From contig JBNAWM010000054.1 of assembly GCA_049699855.1 (NCBI GenBank), positions 1 through 10,286 of the forward strand: 10,286 bases of DNA, read 5' to 3'. Below are positions 6,199 through 10,286 of the stretch, one piece after another (the stretch's first letter is position 1; each line of letters starts with the position of its first letter). Made by a program: the position numbers and the translations under genes. The notes beneath the pieces were generated by a model that had not been told where the DNA came from, made no database searches, and saw only the letters and a program-made list of their open reading frames with translations. Origin of the DNA: Candidatus Cryosericum sp. (GTDB lineage: Bacteria > Caldisericota > Caldisericia > Cryosericales > Cryosericaceae).

Positions 6199-7200
6199 TT
6201 ATGTCGTCTGTCTGGTGAGCAGGGAGGTAAGTCCCTCGCCGACAGGACGTCCCGCCGCCTCGAGCGCCATACTATAGGCTCCCAGTGCCGGAGGGTCAAG
6301 CAGAGGACGGTGAAGAGAGGCCTTTGGGGCCCGTTCATGGACAGCCAGCGTGAGGCGGTCGATCAACAGGGGGTTGCTCCCTTCGAAAATGGCTCCTCCC
6401 AGGACAACCTCAACCTGTTTGCGCTCAAAATGCATCCTGCGGACCAGCCCCGTGATGCCTTCGGCCAGGTACTCGGCCTGCAGCATGAGGATGTGCTTGC
6501 AGACGTCGTCTCCTGCCGTAGCTCCATCGAATACCAGTGGAACCAGGTCCAGAGCCCGCTGAAGCAGGCCGCCATGGCGGGCGGGGTCCTGAAGTGCCTC
6601 AAGCAGCAGCAGCTGAAGCGTGTCATAGTCAGGAGCGCCGGTCACTTCGAGCACGGCTTGTTCGAGCACGGTTTGCGGCCCGGTGCCGTCGTGGGAGAGA
6701 AAGGCATAGTGCAGGACGTCGCGCAGCATGTCCAAGCCCCCGCCGCGCAAACCTGACTCGTAGCCCAGGCCGCGCAGGGTGACCCATGCACCGTCTGGAC
6801 TGCGGGCGCAGGCATTGGCGCCCCCGCCGCAGACAACAGCAATGCCCCAGCCTTTGGCGGTTCCCGCGCTCAGCATGATCCACGTGTCATTGACCAGATC
6901 AAAGACAAGTCCGGGAAACGTCTTTTTCAAAGCCGCCTCAAGGACTTCGCGGTGCATGGGGAGGTCCATGCCGGACAGCCCGAACACCGCCCGCCCGATC
7001 TGCGCAAGGGAGAGGTGTGCAGTCGTCAGCGCCTGCCGTGTGGCAACGGCCAGGTTCGACATGGCTGTCTCAAGGCCCACGATCTGGTGGTTGGAGGGTC
7101 CGCTCTCGCCTGTTCCCAGCACATGGCCGCTGTCATCGCCGATGACCGCCCTTGTCTTGGTGGTGCCTCCGTCAATGCCGAGATAATACAATGCAGGCAT
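6199..7200 (-). CDS. BadF/BadG/BcrA/BcrD-type sugar kinase (N-acetylglucosamine kinase-like), about 333 aa
   Basis: Contains LGIDGGTTKT, GPSNHQ, GLSGMD, VNDT, GIAVVCGGG and VVLGGAIF. ATG7200 lies 1 nt after the upstream TAA, which favours it over GTG7224. Confidence 0.9.
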   Translation of the reverse strand: MPALYYLGIDGGTTKTRAVIGDDSGHVLGTGESGPSNHQIVGLETAMSNLAVATRQALTTAHLSLAQIGRAVFGLSGMDLPMHREVLEAALKKTFPGLVFDLVNDTWIMLSAGTAKGWGIAVVCGGGANACARSPDGAWVTLRGLGYESGLRGGGLDMLRDVLHYAFLSHDGTGPQTVLEQAVLEVTGAPDYDTLQLLLLEALQDPARHGGLLQRALDLVPLVFDGATAGDDVCKHILMLQAEYLAEGITGLVRRMHFERKQVEVVLGGAIFEGSNPLLIDRLTLAVHERAPKASLHRPLLDPPALGAYSMALEAAGRPVGEGLTSLLTRQTT

Positions 7201-7201
7201 G

Positions 7202-7942
7202 TTAGAGGGACTCGGAGTCGACACTCGTGTGAAGATGCAGAGGGGTCAAGACCTTGAAAGCTTCTGCCAGCCGCATGCCGTGTGCTTCACCCAGCTCCGA
7301 GGCCTTGAGGTTGAGGTACTGCTTCGCCATTTCCAGCGTTTCCGGCGTGAACTGGCTCGTGAACAGTGCGAGCGCGGCCAGCTGATGCTCCAGCTCGGCT
7401 GTGACATCCACGAACTGGTTCGGTCGGCTGGTCAGGTAGAACGCAATGAAGCGCACGTCGTGAGGCGGCAGTTCGGGCAGGTACAGCGGCAGGTTGCAGT
7501 AGATCATGCTCTCCGCCGCAGACCACCCGCAGTTGAGGTGATCCTGATGTGCTTCGTATTGAAGCCACGGATCGGGAGCCAGGACGGCGTCGCACCGTTC
7601 CTGCCGGATGATGCGCACCATGGCCTGCGTCGTTTCGCCGCAGTGTGGCAGCTCTCCGTCATGAAAGGGCAGGTACAGGTGCCTGGCGATGCCTAGTGCC
7701 TCGGCGGCGCGTCGGTCTTCCTCCTTCCGGATGGCGACCAGGTTGGCTGAGTTCATCGACGGGTCTGTCGTTCCCAGACGCCCGTCGGTCATCGTAACAA
7801 GGGTAATTCGTTTTCCGGCTGCGGCCAGTTTGAGCAGAAGTCCCCCGGCAAACCAGACAGCATCGTCGGAGTGCGGCTGGAAGACGACGTAGTTCTGTGC
7901 AGAGTCGATAGCGGGGATCGGGAGGAAGTCATGCCAGTTCAT
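7202..7942 (-). CDS. PIG-L/LmbE-family zinc-dependent de-N-acetylase, 246 aa
   Basis: Contains QPHSDD (HxDD), MTDGRLG, RKEE, APDPW..YEAHQDH and terminal AEAFK. AAGGAG lies before ATG7942. The YEAHxDH/PDPW pattern recalls archaeal diacetylchitobiose deacetylases. Confidence 0.9.
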   Translation of the reverse strand: MNWHDFLPIPAIDSAQNYVVFQPHSDDAVWFAGGLLLKLAAAGKRITLVTMTDGRLGTTDPSMNSANLVAIRKEEDRRAAEALGIARHLYLPFHDGELPHCGETTQAMVRIIRQERCDAVLAPDPWLQYEAHQDHLNCGWSAAESMIYCNLPLYLPELPPHDVRFIAFYLTSRPNQFVDVTAELEHQLAALALFTSQFTPETLEMAKQYLNLKASELGEAHGMRLAEAFKVLTPLHLHTSVDSESL

Positions 7943-7956
7943 AGGCAATTCTCCTT

Positions 7957-9297
7957 TCAGAGGGCGGGCGGGTCCTGCCGCTGCGCAATGGAAGCGGCAG
8001 CAGCGCACTCCTGCTTCACCTGGGCAAGCCTGGCGCCATACAGCGGATAGAAGAGGACGAAGACCAATCCCAGACCGATCAGCACGGCTGGAACGACGCT
8101 CACCAGCAGCCTGAATCCCACAACGGCAGCCGGTGCCATGAGGGCGGGGTCCTGGACAGGCTTGTAGTGGGTGATCGTCTGGACAATGGAGATGGTGGCG
8201 GCCGAGATTGCCACGCCCATGCGGATAATGAGCGCATTGACGCCGTAGAACATGCCCTCTCTGCGCGTATGGGTCTTGAGATAGTCTTCGTCGCAGATAT
8301 CGGCGACCATGATGTCGCCCACCAGAAGGAGGGCTCCCAGGCCGATGCCTACGATGGCAAAACCGGTGATGGCTTGCGGCATGGTGTGGACAAGACCCAG
8401 GGGAAGCAGGGAGAGGCCGAAGAGGATGCAGGCAATGATGGCCGTCGTGCGCACTCCCTTGCGGATGACGACCCTGGACCAGACAATCTGCGTGATGATG
8501 GCGACAATGAAGATGGGAGCCATGATCAGGCTGCTCTGCGCATCCGAGATGCGCAGGACGTACTTGGCAAAGAAGGGGATCACCTGGGGCACAAGCACGA
8601 TCACGGAGTTCACCATGAGATTGAACAGCACAAAGGTCAGAAACGACTTGTTTGCAAGCGTGTTGCGGATGGCGGGGCCAAGGGTGAGCGGTTCGCCGGT
8701 GGCGTGCAGATTCTCGCGCGAACCCAGGAGCGAAATGAAGATGGAAATGGCGGTAAGCGCGGCGAAGACAAGGCCCATGCCTTTCCACCCGAGGCGCGCA
8801 ACAATGAGGGGCGTCGCTGCCAGTCCAGCCATGGCGCCGAGAATACCAATCGCCTGGCGCCAGGCATTCACGGTGCTGCGATCGCTGGTGGTCGTAAACG
8901 TCTCAGGGTACAGGGATGTCCAGTTGATGATCACAAGCGTGTAGAAGCCATCGTATCCGAAGATGACGGCCAGATAGTACCAGAAGAGGGCTGTTGTCGA
9001 CAGGCCGGCAGGAGGGACCCAGATCAGGTAGAAGGCCAGTGCAAGCGGCAGTGTCCCCAGCACAATGTAAGGAATGCGGCGGCCCCATCGGGTATGGGTC
9101 CGGTCCGACCAGTAGCCAAAGACCGGGTCGTTGATACAGTTCCATACTGTGTAGATGAGCATGGCTGTCGCGAACAGCTGCTGCGGAAAGCCAAGCTTGT
9201 CCACATAGAGGTACAGCGCCCAGGCCGTGAAGGCGTTCTCGGGCAGGCCTGCGCCCAGTGAGCCGAAACTGTAGGCGAATTTTCTCCAGAAGTTCAT
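7957..9297 (-). CDS. GPH/MelB-family (MFS_2) glycoside:cation symporter, about 446 aa
   Basis: Contains WNCINDPVFGYWSDRTHTRWGRRIPY and ADICDED...RREGMFYG, with about 12 TM segments. GGAGG before ATG9297 favours it over ATG9309. Confidence 0.92.
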   Translation of the reverse strand: MNFWRKFAYSFGSLGAGLPENAFTAWALYLYVDKLGFPQQLFATAMLIYTVWNCINDPVFGYWSDRTHTRWGRRIPYIVLGTLPLALAFYLIWVPPAGLSTTALFWYYLAVIFGYDGFYTLVIINWTSLYPETFTTTSDRSTVNAWRQAIGILGAMAGLAATPLIVARLGWKGMGLVFAALTAISIFISLLGSRENLHATGEPLTLGPAIRNTLANKSFLTFVLFNLMVNSVIVLVPQVIPFFAKYVLRISDAQSSLIMAPIFIVAIITQIVWSRVVIRKGVRTTAIIACILFGLSLLPLGLVHTMPQAITGFAIVGIGLGALLLVGDIMVADICDEDYLKTHTRREGMFYGVNALIIRMGVAISAATISIVQTITHYKPVQDPALMAPAAVVGFRLLVSVVPAVLIGLGLVFVLFYPLYGARLAQVKQECAAAASIAQRQDPPAL

Positions 9298-9327
9298 GGT
9301 GCCTCCCATGGATGAAAGTGAGCTGGG

Positions 9328-10286
9328 CTAGCTGAAAAGGTCAAAGTAGGGCGCCTCTTGCTCCTTGAATGCCCGCACGAGATCGCGAGCCACGCTAGGA
9401 GAGGGCACGAGAGGGTTCAGGGCAAGGGCCTGGATCAGAGCCTCGAGGTCGTGGTAGGCAACCGCATCGACCAGCGACCGCTCATACAGCTTCACCTGCT
9501 CAATCAGCACCTGTGAGTCACGGTCGATCGGCCCCACGGCGAGGGGGCGAATGAGCCGTTCGGTGATCAGGGATGGGACCTCAACGACATCGTCGGAGGC
9601 GAGGCCGGCGATCGCTCCCTGATTGACGACGTTGACAGGCACTACCGAGGGCTCTTTGCCTGCAAGACCGAGCAGAACATCCATGGCGACTGCGCTGTAG
9701 CCCTGACCGGCGGTGATGTTCATTGCAGCTCGGTCGTTGGCGGGCAGCTGGCTCTCTTCGCGTTTCTCCAGATACCGCTGATAAACGTCCCATGGGTCCT
9801 GAGTCTGCCCGAGGTCTGCGAACAGTTCGCGGTTGAGGCGTTCGACTTCCTCGCCGCGGGTCTCGGCCGCTGATGCGATGGCTGCCAGCGATTCGCGCCT
9901 GAACGCGTAGTACCAGATGTATGGATTTGGCAGTTTGCCCAGCCGCTGGACGAATCCGGGCGGAAAGTGGGTCATCTGCTCGAAATCGGGAACCTGGTCG
10001 ATCATAGCGAGGATCTGCGGAAGGATGTTGCGGCCCAGAGCATAGACGCCCTTGACGAAGCCGCAGTGGTTCAGACCGTAGTAATCCAAGGTGAGATCAT
10101 CTGGCGTCACGCCGAGGAGATGGGCCAGCAGCATAGCGATCGACGCTGGGGCATCGCAGATGCCGACCGCGTTGTGAAAGCCACCATGAGAGACCATGGC
10201 CTGGGTGACGATCCCTGACGGGTTGGTGAGATTGATAAACCAGGCATCGGGTGCGACCTCGCGCAGTTCCCGCAGCATCTCGAGCA
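9328..10286 (-). CDS. Family 4 glycoside hydrolase (NAD+/metal-dependent, 6-phospho-glycosidase type), 5'-truncated by the window
   Basis: Contains APDAWFINLTNPSG, GICDAP, YYGLNH, PNPY, NVVNQGAI..L..DDVVEVP and ALALNPLV. The frame stays open to the window edge. Confidence 0.92.
   Translation of the reverse strand, partial: LEMLRELREVAPDAWFINLTNPSGIVTQAMVSHGGFHNAVGICDAPASIAMLLAHLLGVTPDDLTLDYYGLNHCGFVKGVYALGRNILPQILAMIDQVPDFEQMTHFPPGFVQRLGKLPNPYIWYYAFRRESLAAIASAAETRGEEVERLNRELFADLGQTQDPWDVYQRYLEKREESQLPANDRAAMNITAGQGYSAVAMDVLLGLAGKEPSVVPVNVVNQGAIAGLASDDVVEVPSLITERLIRPLAVGPIDRDSQVLIEQVKLYERSLVDAVAYHDLEALIQALALNPLVPSPSVARDLVRAFKEQEAPYFDLFS

Noticed and set aside
6160..6199. Possible terminator after the kinase gene (AGGTG...CACCT)
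   Set aside because: The stem is short, the loop is very long and there is no properly placed U-tract, so it is not supportable.
6251..6269. CCCGCCGCCTCGAGCGCCA, resembling the tRNA 3' end (possible distal att site)
   Set aside because: It lies inside the kinase coding sequence, needs gaps to align and is GC-rich, so chance is likely.
7943..8788. N-terminal 282 aa of the 528-aa ORF 7202..8788, which looks like a fusion to the deacetylase
   Set aside because: It is an off-frame shadow of the MFS gene with His/Arg/Pro-rich, non-protein-like composition. The real start is ATG7942 with an AAGGAG RBS.
8167..9261. Long plus-strand ORFs antisense to the MFS gene, and similar shadow ORFs such as 1537..2328, 3270..4046, 4860..5393 and 5657..6277
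   Set aside because: They overlap well-supported genes, lack family motifs and are expected from stop-codon scarcity in GC-rich DNA.
1..10286. CRISPR array, IS/transposase, phage or anti-phage defence genes
   Set aside because: I saw no regularly spaced repeats, terminal inverted repeats, or nuclease, integrase or reverse-transcriptase motifs.

Overview
A GC-rich bacterial chromosomal window with 13 protein-coding genes (two truncated by the window edges) and one tRNA. The left part (+ strand) holds an RsiV/DUF3298-like gene end, a single-domain MGMT/ATL-like protein, a DUF1624/HGSNAT-like membrane acyltransferase, a small DUF2007-like protein and a membrane protein preceded by an ECF-sigma-type promoter. 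Next come a minus-strand exported protein and a TraX-family protein. The centre holds a tRNA-Gln(UUG) that the ORF track does not show. It has an unusual G3.U70 pair and is followed by a degenerate copy of its own 3' end and a less GC-rich two-gene SUF-like minimal Fe-S system (smsC with C-X18-C-X2-C, then smsB). The right part (- strand) is a tight sugar operon: GH4 hydrolase, GPH/MFS symporter, PIG-L deacetylase and BadF-type kinase. It looks like a PTS-independent route for an N-acetylated disaccharide. All family calls come from recognising motifs by eye; no database searches were run.
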